Source: an uncultured virus (IMG/VR IMGVR_UViG_3300033992_000526) (lineage: Duplodnaviria > Heunggongvirae > Uroviricota > Caudoviricetes). From it: a stretch of 59,667 bases of DNA. Below the pieces are notes generated by a model. It was given only the letters and a program-made list of their open reading frames with translations, was not told the DNA's origin and did no database searches. The number at the start of each line of letters is the position of its first letter. The stretch's first letter is position 1. Shown one piece after another: positions 50,102-58,094 of the stretch. Location of the stretch: the IMG/VR virus record IMGVR_UViG_3300033992_000526. One strand, 5' to 3'. The translations under genes and the position numbers were made by a program.

Positions 50102-51517
50102 TTACAGATCGTAGCGTGGAACCATGATGGTTTTCATCATAATGCCTTCTGGAGTGAATTGTTCAGTGTCCGCACTCAAGACCGCTTTCACGATGCTTGG
50201 GCTAAAACCACTAACCAATGCCGCTCCACGTGTGTCATATTTGACAGGCACGTTGTCGCTAGCGTTCAAATTCCAGAATACAATGTTTGGAACATCGTAT
50301 CCGGCGTCTGTGAACTTACGCTTGATCATCTGCATAGCAGAGTCATCGTACTTTGCACAGGCGTCAAACTGCATGTCGCTCAAGATCAACAGCATCTTTG
50401 GCATGTCTTCTTGTGGAACAGCACCATTAACAGCTACACTAAGGATCTTGTCCATAGCCTTAACCAAGTTAGTGTTCATATCCCACTTAGACTTAACCAT
50501 TTGTTCAGCCTTTTGAACCACATTACCCTTCAGAGTCAACAGTTCTGGTGAACCGCTAAATGTTAGGAATGTGTCCTTGAACACACCTTTGTTCTTATCA
50601 GCAAGGTACAAGCCCAAGCTGACAGCAACATCCATACAAGAGAAAGAACTTCCCTTACCTGCTGGTGTGCTCATAGAGCCGCTAACGTCTACCAATGGTA
50701 GGATGCTAGCATCACCGACAAAGTTAGGCAGTGCTTCCCACTGTGCTACAATGTGGTCCAGTTCTGTCTTGTTGAACTTGACACCACCGTAGTGGTTGAT
50801 CACGCCCTTCAAGACATCGTATGGGTAAACAGCTCCGGCGTTAACCTTGACACCTGCTTCACCCTTAGCCAATTTAGCCACGTATTCCGCAAACTTTTCA
50901 GTATGACGGCCGAAGGCCTTCTTGTAACGTGCTGCCGCAACGGATGGCACGTGGTTGAAGTTGATGTTATCCCAGTCGTTGGCACACATTTGTGTTTCAA
51001 CAACTGTAGTCATTGCTACCAATGACTTACGGTATTGCTTAGGAGTCATACCAAAGAAATCACGGATTTCTGCGGCGACTTTACCCTTACGAGGAGTCCA
51101 CTTTGCAGCCAAGCCATTGCGAGCACGAAGTGCATCGCCTAGCAGTGTGAAAGCCTTAGCCTTCAATGCTTTGGACTCAAATACAAACAAGTCGTCCCAA
51201 CGACCAAGTTCTGGGATCTTGTCCATCAGCACTTCTGCGGCTGCTGGATCGTGCTTTTCCAGATACTTTAAGATGCTACGGAACAGTTCACGTTCACCGG
51301 AACCTCCACGAACGTCTCGTGCCCATTGTGCAACACGCAGGGCTAGATCTTTGTCTTCCACATACGCGGCAACAAAGTCCTTAGTGATGTCCTTACCACG
51401 GCTTGCACCGATCTTGAAGAACAGATCAACTACTGCGTTGGCAGTAGATTTGCGAGCCTTCATGCCATTGGCAGTACGGGCTTCTTGGTTTTTAACGGCT
51501 TCTACAAATGCGTTCAT
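50102..51517 (-). CDS. DUF2828-family protein (TROVE/Ro60-like helical region plus vWA domain)
   Basis: ARDVRGGSGER, GRWDDL, LAAKWTPR, VPSVA, MIDAS DVSGS, LILSDMQFD, IVFWNL, LVSGFSP; GAAGGA SD before ATG at 51517. Confidence 0.85.
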   Translation of the reverse strand: MNAFVEAVKNQEARTANGMKARKSTANAVVDLFFKIGASRGKDITKDFVAAYVEDKDLALRVAQWARDVRGGSGERELFRSILKYLEKHDPAAAEVLMDKIPELGRWDDLFVFESKALKAKAFTLLGDALRARNGLAAKWTPRKGKVAAEIRDFFGMTPKQYRKSLVAMTTVVETQMCANDWDNINFNHVPSVAAARYKKAFGRHTEKFAEYVAKLAKGEAGVKVNAGAVYPYDVLKGVINHYGGVKFNKTELDHIVAQWEALPNFVGDASILPLVDVSGSMSTPAGKGSSFSCMDVAVSLGLYLADKNKGVFKDTFLTFSGSPELLTLKGNVVQKAEQMVKSKWDMNTNLVKAMDKILSVAVNGAVPQEDMPKMLLILSDMQFDACAKYDDSAMQMIKRKFTDAGYDVPNIVFWNLNASDNVPVKYDTRGAALVSGFSPSIVKAVLSADTEQFTPEGIMMKTIMVPRYDL

Positions 51518-51529
51518 TTTCTTTTCCTT

Positions 51530-51600
51530 CAGGTTAAATGTGGGCTTTGTTGTTCCCACGGGTTTTAATGATACAATTTAAAATTGCTGTAATTAACCTA
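51530..51600 (-). ncRNA. Y-like structured RNA, unit 3 (71 nt)
   Basis: 5' TAGGTTAA-TTA-CAGCAA ... TTAACCTG 3' terminal stem; internal GTGGG/CCCAC hairpin. Confidence 0.7.
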
Positions 51601-51607
51601 ACTACAA

Positions 51608-51863
51608 CAGGATGGCTGAGACGGATTTTTATTTTCTGCTTACCCCCATCCCCAGTATATCGGTTCAAGTCTCGCAAGCCTAGCATACAATTCATGTCGC
51701 CTAGATTGTGTTGTGTCTGTACAATCATCATACAAAGTCTTTCCAATGTGTCGTCTATTCCTTCGAGTCTAGTTTCCTAGAACAGTATTTCTACTGTGTC
51801 CTGCGACCATCTTCTATAGCAGTTAGTTCAGAGTTTATTGTTTAAGTTGCTGAATCCATCCTA
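51608..51863 (-). ncRNA. Y-like structured RNA, unit 2 (256 nt)
   Basis: 5' TAGGATGG-ATT-CAGCAA ... CCATCCTG 3'; GAAA tetraloop hairpins ACAGTA-GAAA-TACTGT and CTAG-GAAA-CTAG. Confidence 0.75.
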
Positions 51864-51871
51864 GGATTTAA

Positions 51872-52037
51872 CAGGTTAGTTGTTGACTGCTTTTATTTTA
51901 CACAGGCCATCACTCTGTGCTCGTTAGTCTTGCTTCAATAGACCCCTTCAACGCTCGGTGTTTTTACGCACTCTGCTCCAGTTTCTACCACAGTGTCTAA
52001 CAGTTCATAGTTAATGAATGTTGCTGTACCTAACCTA
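51872..52037 (-). ncRNA. Y-like structured RNA, unit 1 (166 nt)
   Basis: 5' TAGGTTAG-GTA-CAGCAA ... CTAACCTG 3'; inner ACTGTT/AGCAGT stem. Confidence 0.75.
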
Positions 52038-52074
52038 AAACTTCTTAGCTTGCATTACTGCTTGCTATGTATTA

Positions 52075-52103
52075 ATTATATACTAATTAACTCTTGTTGT
52101 CAA
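52075..52103 (-). promoter_or_regulatory. Sigma70 promoter of the ncRNA-DUF2828 operon
   Basis: TTGACA-N17-TATAAT perfect consensus. Confidence 0.9.
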
Positions 52104-52134
52104 CAAATTTTTTAAGTTTGTTATCCAAAATGTC

Positions 52135-52224
52135 TGGCAGTGGGTAAGAGATTCGAACTCTTGTGCCGCTTTCGCAACCTGCACCTTTCCAAGATGTGCC
52201 AATAAACCGCTCTGGCAACCCACT
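52135..52224 (-). tRNA. tRNA-Ser(GGA)
   Basis: AGTGGGT/ACCCACT acceptor, loop TT-GGA-AA, long variable arm, TTCGAAT, G73, CCA. Confidence 0.88.
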
Positions 52225-52227
52225 ATT

Positions 52228-52455
52228 TTATCGACGCTTCGGTGCCCCAATACGACTGGCTTTGTTCCAATCGTATGCAACACCGTCCGGGCACTTGCCG
52301 TCTTTCACACTGTCAACTCCGAACATGCCTACAATTTCAAAGTCAGGACCTTTAATTGTTACAAACATGCCAACAGTTTTGGCAAATATCATTGCGTCAC
52401 TTAATGTTAGACATTCATTTAATGTCAATTTATTTTTGCTTATTACTTTATACAT
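52228..52455 (-). CDS. Hypothetical phage protein
   Basis: FEIVGMFGVDSVKDGKCPDG..YDW.K; sits between tRNAs. Confidence 0.65.
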   Translation of the reverse strand: MYKVISKNKLTLNECLTLSDAMIFAKTVGMFVTIKGPDFEIVGMFGVDSVKDGKCPDGVAYDWNKASRIGAPKRR

Positions 52456-52496
52456 TGTTAATTTTACTTTCTTTTCTTACTCATCACAACAACGTT

Positions 52497-52571
52497 TGGT
52501 CCCACCAACAGGAATCGAACCTGTATCTGAGACTTAGGAGGTCCCCGTTCTATCCATTGAACTATAGCGGG
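52497..52571 (-). tRNA. tRNA-Arg(CCU)
   Basis: GTTC-AATGGATA-GAAC D arm, GGGAC-CT-CCT-AA-GTCTC, TTCGATT, CCA. Confidence 0.9.
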
Positions 52572-53081
52572 TTATAAAAACTTTTCTAATATTTTCTCTA
52601 ATTCTAAATGATCCGATCTTATACTGATAATATTTTTAAATTGATCTGTAGAATTTACTACAGTATGCCAATAATTGTACGCATCAAAAATACAACTGCC
52701 ATTTTTCATACTCCATTGGTCAACTAATTTTGCGTTATTTTCATCTAATAAAGGTATAGAACTTTTATGAAAATTTTGATGAAAGGTATTAGTTGTATCA
52801 TTTATCTGGTCAAAAATTTCTATCGAAACATCCTCATGACCTATTGGTGCTACTACTAATGACCAACGAACTCCCGTACCGTCTAGCCGTTGATCTTTAT
52901 GTATTATGTCTTTCGAGTTTGGACTCAACCAAATAGAAAGGGTATATACATCATCGACTAAATCTTCCAATCCTAACATTTTTAAATAAGGCGAGGAATC
53001 TACAACACCCCAAAAATTTCCAACATTTGGATTTAGATGATATGAAAATACGTTTTTTGTAGTTATTGGAATAAAATACAT
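52572..53081 (-). CDS. Cupin/2OG-oxygenase-like protein inserted between tRNAs
   Basis: IIHKD...YWHTVVN...ISIR; start moved to MYFIP to avoid overlapping the tRNA. Confidence 0.6.
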   Translation of the reverse strand: MYFIPITTKNVFSYHLNPNVGNFWGVVDSSPYLKMLGLEDLVDDVYTLSIWLSPNSKDIIHKDQRLDGTGVRWSLVVAPIGHEDVSIEIFDQINDTTNTFHQNFHKSSIPLLDENNAKLVDQWSMKNGSCIFDAYNYWHTVVNSTDQFKNIISIRSDHLELEKILEKFL

Positions 53082-53085
53082 ATAT

Positions 53086-53160
53086 TGGCCGGCCATGCAG
53101 GAATCGAACCCACACCGCTTGTTTCGAAGACAAGCATGATATCCATTTCACTAATGGCCG
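53086..53160 (-). tRNA. tRNA-Arg(UCG)
   Basis: CGGCCAT/ATGGCCG acceptor, CTTGT-CT-TCG-AA-ACAAG, TTCGATT, CCA. Confidence 0.9.
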
Positions 53161-53164
53161 CATT

Positions 53165-53238
53165 TGGTGCTCCAGGCTGGGAACGATCCAGCTTCTCATC
53201 CTTACCAAGGAAGTGTACTGCCTTTATACTACAGGAGC
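53165..53238 (-). tRNA. tRNA-Thr(GGU), atypical T loop
   Basis: GCTCCTG acceptor, loop TT-GGT-AA, T loop ATCGTTC, CCA. Confidence 0.8.
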
Positions 53239-53278
53239 AAATCTTTTTCTTTTAAATATACTTTAATTATACAACATT

Positions 53279-53899
53279 ATGGAAATTCAGTCAAGGATAG
53301 ATGGTAAACAGATCGTTGTGAATTTACAACAGAATACAGCTTACGGGTTAATGATGTCCGGAGGACTAGACAGTGCAGTATTGCTCTATCTAATGCTTAA
53401 AGATTGTCCTACTGCTAGCATCCAACCTTTTTATATTGCCAAACACGACGGCTCGTATGCGTACATTGACGGTATCATTGAGTACATAAATCTACTGTTT
53501 AATATTCGACTACCTGACCCTATCAAAGTAGGGTCACCGGATATTCATCATACCCAGATTAATCAAACAGGCATTAGACATGTTCTAATAAAGTATCCAG
53601 AAATAGAAAAATTGTTTATAGGCATCAATCAAAATCCGCCACAACCTTGGGGAGATCCAAAATGGCAGTTTCCTAACAGGCCTATATCTAATAGTAATCC
53701 TAGAATAGAGATGCCTTTTATGATGCTGTACAAGACACACATAGTTGATCTTGTTGATCAACTTGAAATTCAGGCACTCGCAAATCTAACGCATACCTGT
53801 ACTGAACAAGTAACAGGTAGATGTTTAAAATGTTTTCAATGTAGCGAAAGAATGTGGGCATATCAAACACTCGGTCTAACAGATCACGGTAAACTCTAA
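53279..53899 (+). CDS. QueC-like PP-loop ATPase with C-terminal Zn site
   Basis: MSGGLDSA; THTC...GRCLKCFQCSER. Confidence 0.7.
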   Translation: MEIQSRIDGKQIVVNLQQNTAYGLMMSGGLDSAVLLYLMLKDCPTASIQPFYIAKHDGSYAYIDGIIEYINLLFNIRLPDPIKVGSPDIHHTQINQTGIRHVLIKYPEIEKLFIGINQNPPQPWGDPKWQFPNRPISNSNPRIEMPFMMLYKTHIVDLVDQLEIQALANLTHTCTEQVTGRCLKCFQCSERMWAYQTLGLTDHGKL

Positions 53900-54771
53900 T
53901 CAGGAGTTTCGTAACTCCACTTCCAAGTGCGGCCGTCTTCCAATCCTAATTGTTCACATAGCTCGTCAGTAAACGTTCCGTCAACTCTTAAAGTATATCG
54001 AAATACTGGTTCTGGGTCAACTCCGTGGTAGTCGCGGTTATTAAAGAAGTAGCTACGAGCGTCACTATCTAGATAAATCTTTTTCTTAGCCTTTTCGTCC
54101 CAAATAAAACTAGGGCGACTTCCACTTGCAAAAAATAAATTGATATTGTGATCACTGTGTTCAGCCATAACACTGTCTCGATGTGTTACTACTCCGGCAT
54201 TTGGGTAAGTTGTAAAAAATAAAACTCGACCAATTGTCTTAAACGGCAGTTGGTTAATGTACTCAACTACATTAGGAAACAATTTTGCAGCTTCGGTCCA
54301 TTGCCCAAAGTCCTCTGTTTTCTTTCCAAAATCATTTTTCTTTAAGTACAATGCAAAGAACCACGGAATAACTGCACCCATGGCAAAATAAGCATATTTG
54401 TACATTGCCTGCATTTCTTTTCCGGGACTTCGATCAATAACTTCTTTAAGAGCTTCTCGATGCACTCCTGTTGGATCGTACTTATGCAGTTGCTGAAGCA
54501 TCTCACTCCAACAATCGTGTCCACCAAACCTGGCAACTTCTTCTGGGGGTAATGCTCCGTAGGTCATCCCCATTTTATATTCTTCGTTTAATGCAAGACC
54601 TTTGCAACATTCGATATGAAGTTTTTGGTCTTGACTGTGATCAATATATTTGTCCATTGACAAAATAGGGAGTCGATTCTTACCGACTCCCTTAATGCCG
54701 TATTCTGCATAAGGATACGACACTATATTCTGTGTGTGAAACTTTGAGGATGTGTGTTGCTGATCTTTCAT
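53896..54771 (-). CDS. Cupin/2OG-oxygenase-like protein
   Basis: GRVLFF...VTHRD...FFNNRDYHGV...YTLRVDG. Confidence 0.55.
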   Translation of the reverse strand: MKDQQHTSSKFHTQNIVSYPYAEYGIKGVGKNRLPILSMDKYIDHSQDQKLHIECCKGLALNEEYKMGMTYGALPPEEVARFGGHDCWSEMLQQLHKYDPTGVHREALKEVIDRSPGKEMQAMYKYAYFAMGAVIPWFFALYLKKNDFGKKTEDFGQWTEAAKLFPNVVEYINQLPFKTIGRVLFFTTYPNAGVVTHRDSVMAEHSDHNINLFFASGSRPSFIWDEKAKKKIYLDSDARSYFFNNRDYHGVDPEPVFRYTLRVDGTFTDELCEQLGLEDGRTWKWSYETPD

Positions 54772-55238
54772 TAGTCTACACTTCTAAAAGTTCGCCAATC
54801 ATCAATGTTTGGCTTTTCATCTGCATCATATGTCCAGCCTAATGACTTCATCATGCGATGCTTAACTAGTAAGTTAGGACTACGGAAGCGGCCAGTGTCT
54901 TCAAAGCCCATCATGACTCCGAGTTCACACACAGCACCACTACGGCAAACACCTGCATAGCAATGAACAACCACGTTCATCTTATTTTCCAGTGCATGTT
55001 GCAGTAATCGAACAAGCTCTGCGGCCTGCTCATGACTACACTTCATAGCTTCTTCCAGCACCTCATCCTTTTCTTCGACGTCCAAAAATTCAAAATTGTG
55101 AATTTCTTTGAACTTGTGTGCAGGAGTAGGTCGCCAGCTTGCTGGATCAACAATGCTGATCAGCATACTGTTCTCACCTGCCTCGTGATGAAATCTCTTC
55201 GGAATATCATCTGCGGCTACATTTTCAATCCATGGCAT
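54771..55238 (-). CDS. Protein-tyrosine/dual-specificity phosphatase-like protein
   Basis: VHCYAGVCRSG CX5R motif. Confidence 0.8.
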   Translation of the reverse strand: MPWIENVAADDIPKRFHHEAGENSMLISIVDPASWRPTPAHKFKEIHNFEFLDVEEKDEVLEEAMKCSHEQAAELVRLLQHALENKMNVVVHCYAGVCRSGAVCELGVMMGFEDTGRFRSPNLLVKHRMMKSLGWTYDADEKPNIDDWRTFRSVD

Positions 55239-55247
55239 GATTGCCTC

Positions 55248-55454
55248 CTAACATTCGATATCTATATTTCTGCCCTTGTCCAAATCTAAACGAAGATTTC
55301 TTGCTACTCGTTCTGCTATGATTTGATCAAGCCTACGTTCTTCAATTTTTTTTGCGTAATCTTCAGTTCGTTGTTTTTCCAAGCGAGTCTGATCCAGACG
55401 ATATTGTTCTTGATTGTACTTTATAACACTTTGTTCTGCTCTTGATATTTGCAT
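55248..55454 (-). CDS. Hypothetical coiled-coil protein
   Basis: Ends DKGRNIDIEC; packed ORF. Confidence 0.55.
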   Translation of the reverse strand: MQISRAEQSVIKYNQEQYRLDQTRLEKQRTEDYAKKIEERRLDQIIAERVARNLRLDLDKGRNIDIEC

Positions 55455-55639
55455 TATATTTGCTCCGAATTTAGCCGTTCAATTTCGTTGGCGGCTTCTT
55501 CTAAGAGATCCGCAATACGATCCGGCTTGCCTTCTTCTACGCTTTTACGTCCTTGAATCTGTCTGCGGATCTCTGCTCGTTTACGTAAACGAAATATCAA
55601 GCTCTGTTCTGCAACAGGTAAATGGCCTTCATCTTTCAT
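55454..55639 (-). CDS. Hypothetical protein
   Basis: RLRKRAEIRRQI..RKSV...KPDRIADLLEEAA. Confidence 0.6.
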   Translation of the reverse strand: MKDEGHLPVAEQSLIFRLRKRAEIRRQIQGRKSVEEGKPDRIADLLEEAANEIERLNSEQI

Positions 55640-55749
55640 ACTGTCTCCACAATATAGTATCCTGAATTAGGGTATGTTTCTTTCAACCATTCCAACATGC
55701 CCGGTTCATTGGGCAGTCGGATTGATTTAAATTTATTTGTGATATACAT
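55636..55749 (-). CDS. Hypothetical 37-aa protein (absent from ORF track)
   Basis: Manual translation MYITNKFKSIRLPNEPGMLEWLKETYPNSGYYIVETV; overlaps both neighbours at start/stop. Confidence 0.55.
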   Translation of the reverse strand: MYITNKFKSIRLPNEPGMLEWLKETYPNSGYYIVETV

Positions 55750-55955
55750 TATTTTCGTCCAATCTTTGTTACAACATCGGCCTTGCTCTGTAGCAGTTGG
55801 GCACGGAAGCGACGATATACTCGCAATGCGGCAATGCTCATGGGATCTTCCTTGCCTTCTAACTCTGCTATCTTAGCATCCAGTTCGGCTTCGTGAGCAC
55901 GATGACGTTCGACATCTGCCTTGAGCCCTTTCGCATCGCCCCAAAAGAATTTCAT
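55749..55955 (-). CDS. Hypothetical protein
   Basis: Packed ORF. Confidence 0.55.
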   Translation of the reverse strand: MKFFWGDAKGLKADVERHRAHEAELDAKIAELEGKEDPMSIAALRVYRRFRAQLLQSKADVVTKIGRK

Positions 55956-55956
55956 A

Positions 55957-56250
55957 TCATCCCCACTTTAACATAAAGAACGTAGCGTCCTTTTCATTTT
56001 TAAATCTATACTCAAAAGGTCCAGGACTCCAACGAGGATTGTTATATCCATTGTTTCTGTGTCCAAACTGCTTCGAGCACCACTCTGTCATCTTATCTTT
56101 TTCTTCCCACCAATCACCGCCCGAAAAATACACAGTGTATTTCTGAGGAGCAAGATCTTCTCGAACCCGCAGTTCTAAACTACGGGGGCGTTTAGTAAAC
56201 CAGTTCATAGGAGTATGCGGATAAAAACTATTAACGTCTAAATCAATCAT
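55957..56250 (-). CDS. Hypothetical protein
   Basis: EWCSKQFG...RFKNEKDATFFMLKW. Confidence 0.6.
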   Translation of the reverse strand: MIDLDVNSFYPHTPMNWFTKRPRSLELRVREDLAPQKYTVYFSGGDWWEEKDKMTEWCSKQFGHRNNGYNNPRWSPGPFEYRFKNEKDATFFMLKWG

Positions 56251-56783
56251 ACACCTACGAACCGGCTGGCTTCGGCGTGCAACCCACGATCACCTCGAGT
56301 CATTACTTCTAACATCAAACGCTTTTCTTCTAAGTAAGTCCTAGCAAAAGCAGGATCGTGTGCCATGATGCTACGACTGTTGGAGATCAAATCTGCCAAC
56401 TTAACAGTCTGTGCTTCAGCAGGTGCTTCAGCAGTGTGAGCACGGTCCATGGCCTTGCGATGAGCACGATTGCCATCTTCTGGCTTTGACACGTCAGTTA
56501 ACCAACCAACTAACGCCGCAACCTCCGGACCAAAATTCATATGGATGTCAGTGGCGGTAACTCCGGTATCTTCTACTGTATCGTGTAACCAAGCAGCCGC
56601 TACCATTTCAGCAGTACTGCCAGGAACCTCTGCCACAATCCTTGCAACTTCTGCAGGGTGAACAAAGTAAGGTTCTCCGGTATACTTACGCTTTTGACCC
56701 ACGGCACTGTGAGCAGCAATAGCGAAAACTTGGGCCTTATGGACCAAATCCATCCCAGTTAATTCCATAGTAAATTCTTCCAT
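56247..56783 (-). CDS. HD-domain (p)ppGpp hydrolase-like protein (SpoT/MESH1 type)
   Basis: AH..VGQKRKYTGEPYFVHP, AAAWLHDTVED, VKLADLISN. Confidence 0.85.
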   Translation of the reverse strand: MEEFTMELTGMDLVHKAQVFAIAAHSAVGQKRKYTGEPYFVHPAEVARIVAEVPGSTAEMVAAAWLHDTVEDTGVTATDIHMNFGPEVAALVGWLTDVSKPEDGNRAHRKAMDRAHTAEAPAEAQTVKLADLISNSRSIMAHDPAFARTYLEEKRLMLEVMTRGDRGLHAEASRFVGV

Positions 56784-56808
56784 GCTACTCTCCTTGTTAA
56801 TAAGTTAT

Positions 56809-56837
56809 ATTATAGCATGGTTTTACCATACTGTCAA
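56809..56837 (-). promoter_or_regulatory. Sigma70-type promoter
   Basis: TTGACA-N17-TATAAT with extended TG. Confidence 0.85.
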
Positions 56838-57385
56838 CCGGTATGATGTCCTTTAATCACATTATCTTTGATCATACGTACAGCACGATCCATAGATATA
56901 ACAATTTCTCCGGTTGAATCCATTCCTACGTCCAACGCACGATACTGTTCGATTCCACTCTTACCACCATGTAAGTGACCATGAAAGTGTAATGCACCTC
57001 TGTGCATTTGGTCCCATTCGGCAATTGGATAATGAAACATCACGCACTTGTGGCCGTCATAGGTAATATCCAAATACTTGTGTATTTCCTTAAATGCACT
57101 ACGGAACGTTTCGTCCATTAGTGTCTTGCGATCGTGATTACCTTCAACTAAAATTTTATCACCATTTAAGCGATGCATCATTCGGCCTGCATCACTGCCT
57201 GACATAAATGCTACATCTCCTAAGATGTAAACCATATCCTCGGGAGCGACCTTAGCATTCCATTCTTCCGCCATTGCATTATTCATATACGCAACATCGT
57301 CTCTAAATCGTGCTCTTGTCTGTGGACAGAACTTCATAATGTTCTTATGTCCAAAATGTAGGTCGCTAGTTATCCATATTTTCAT
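56834..57385 (-). CDS. Calcineurin-like metallophosphoesterase
   Basis: SDLHFGH, LGD, GNHD, HYP, HGHLH. Confidence 0.88.
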   Translation of the reverse strand: MKIWITSDLHFGHKNIMKFCPQTRARFRDDVAYMNNAMAEEWNAKVAPEDMVYILGDVAFMSGSDAGRMMHRLNGDKILVEGNHDRKTLMDETFRSAFKEIHKYLDITYDGHKCVMFHYPIAEWDQMHRGALHFHGHLHGGKSGIEQYRALDVGMDSTGEIVISMDRAVRMIKDNVIKGHHTG

Positions 57386-57558
57386 CAATACGTCTCTTTT
57401 ATAATATCATATAGTTCAGCAGGCCATGCAGCCTTAAATTCTTCAGTCTTAACATATTCATTGTAGGATTTAGCTTCAAAGAACACCTTCTTGAATACGC
57501 TCATATGCTTGCCCTTAGGCAATATTGTGAGATAGATTGATTTTGCTTTGCCTGCCAT
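57385..57558 (-). CDS. Hypothetical 57-aa protein (absent from ORF track)
   Basis: Manual translation MAGKAKSIYLTILPKGKHMSVFKKVFFEAKSYNEYVKTEEFKAAWPAELYDIIKETY; AAGGAA SD. Confidence 0.65.
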   Translation of the reverse strand: MAGKAKSIYLTILPKGKHMSVFKKVFFEAKSYNEYVKTEEFKAAWPAELYDIIKETY

Positions 57559-57586
57559 GATGTTTCCTTAAGTGTAGTAAGTACAT

Positions 57587-57615
57587 ATTATACAGTCAAA
57601 AGAAAGCCCTGTCAA
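57587..57615 (-). promoter_or_regulatory. Sigma70-type promoter
   Basis: TTGACA-N17-TATAAT. Confidence 0.8.
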
Positions 57616-57622
57616 GCAGGGC
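57598..57622 (-). terminator. Intrinsic terminator overlapping the -35 box
   Basis: GCCCTG-CTTGA-CAGGGC-TTTCTTTT. Confidence 0.7.
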
Positions 57623-57627
57623 AGTAA

Positions 57628-58092
57628 TTATTGGGCGAACCAAACTTCCTTAAAGCCTTCCTCTACAGTAGGCTCTTCCCAACTGGCAATCATGCTGGCG
57701 ATAACATGCTCTGGAATGTCTTTGCCTGGGCGACTCCATAACCGTCTAAACAGTTCTTTATGTTCCGGTGTCTTAAACACCACAGCAATATGCTCGTAGT
57801 CAGGCAACATATTAAACTTACGAATACGGCTTACTAGAGTAGTACTGGTTTGATCCCATATAATGTCCTTGCCAGCTTCACGTGCTTGTACAACTTTGTC
57901 AGCCATTAGATTTACAGCCGTCGGCATGTACTCTACAAATACTTCCGAGTAGGTCTTGCCTTGTTCTACAGCATAGGCTTCAACAAAATCGTCAGTACTC
58001 ACTACTACGCAGTCAGAAGCCCAATCTTGTTCTTTAATCCAAGTGCTCTTGCCCGAGGCAGGCACTCCGACCAATTGATAACATTTTGCCAT
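57628..58092 (-). CDS. P-loop kinase (AAA_33, polynucleotide kinase-like)
   Basis: GVPASGKST, VSTDD, IWDQT. Confidence 0.8.
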   Translation of the reverse strand: MAKCYQLVGVPASGKSTWIKEQDWASDCVVVSTDDFVEAYAVEQGKTYSEVFVEYMPTAVNLMADKVVQAREAGKDIIWDQTSTTLVSRIRKFNMLPDYEHIAVVFKTPEHKELFRRLWSRPGKDIPEHVIASMIASWEEPTVEEGFKEVWFAQ

Positions 58093-58094
58093 TT

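Noticed and set aside
50124..51581. Several plus-strand ORFs up to 208 aa over the DUF2828 gene
   Set aside because: Shadow frames from strong codon bias; no independent signals
51534..51780. 70-80 aa ORFs over the ncRNA array
   Set aside because: No SD, unnatural composition; covarying stems and GNRA hairpins explain the region better
51530..52037. Possible CRISPR array
   Set aside because: Repeats are short, degenerate and pair across each unit; interiors range from about 55 to 240 nt; no cas genes
52083..53208. ORFs overlapping tRNA genes (52083-52283, 52163-52537, 52356-52577, 52951-53208)
   Set aside because: Explained by the tRNA sequences
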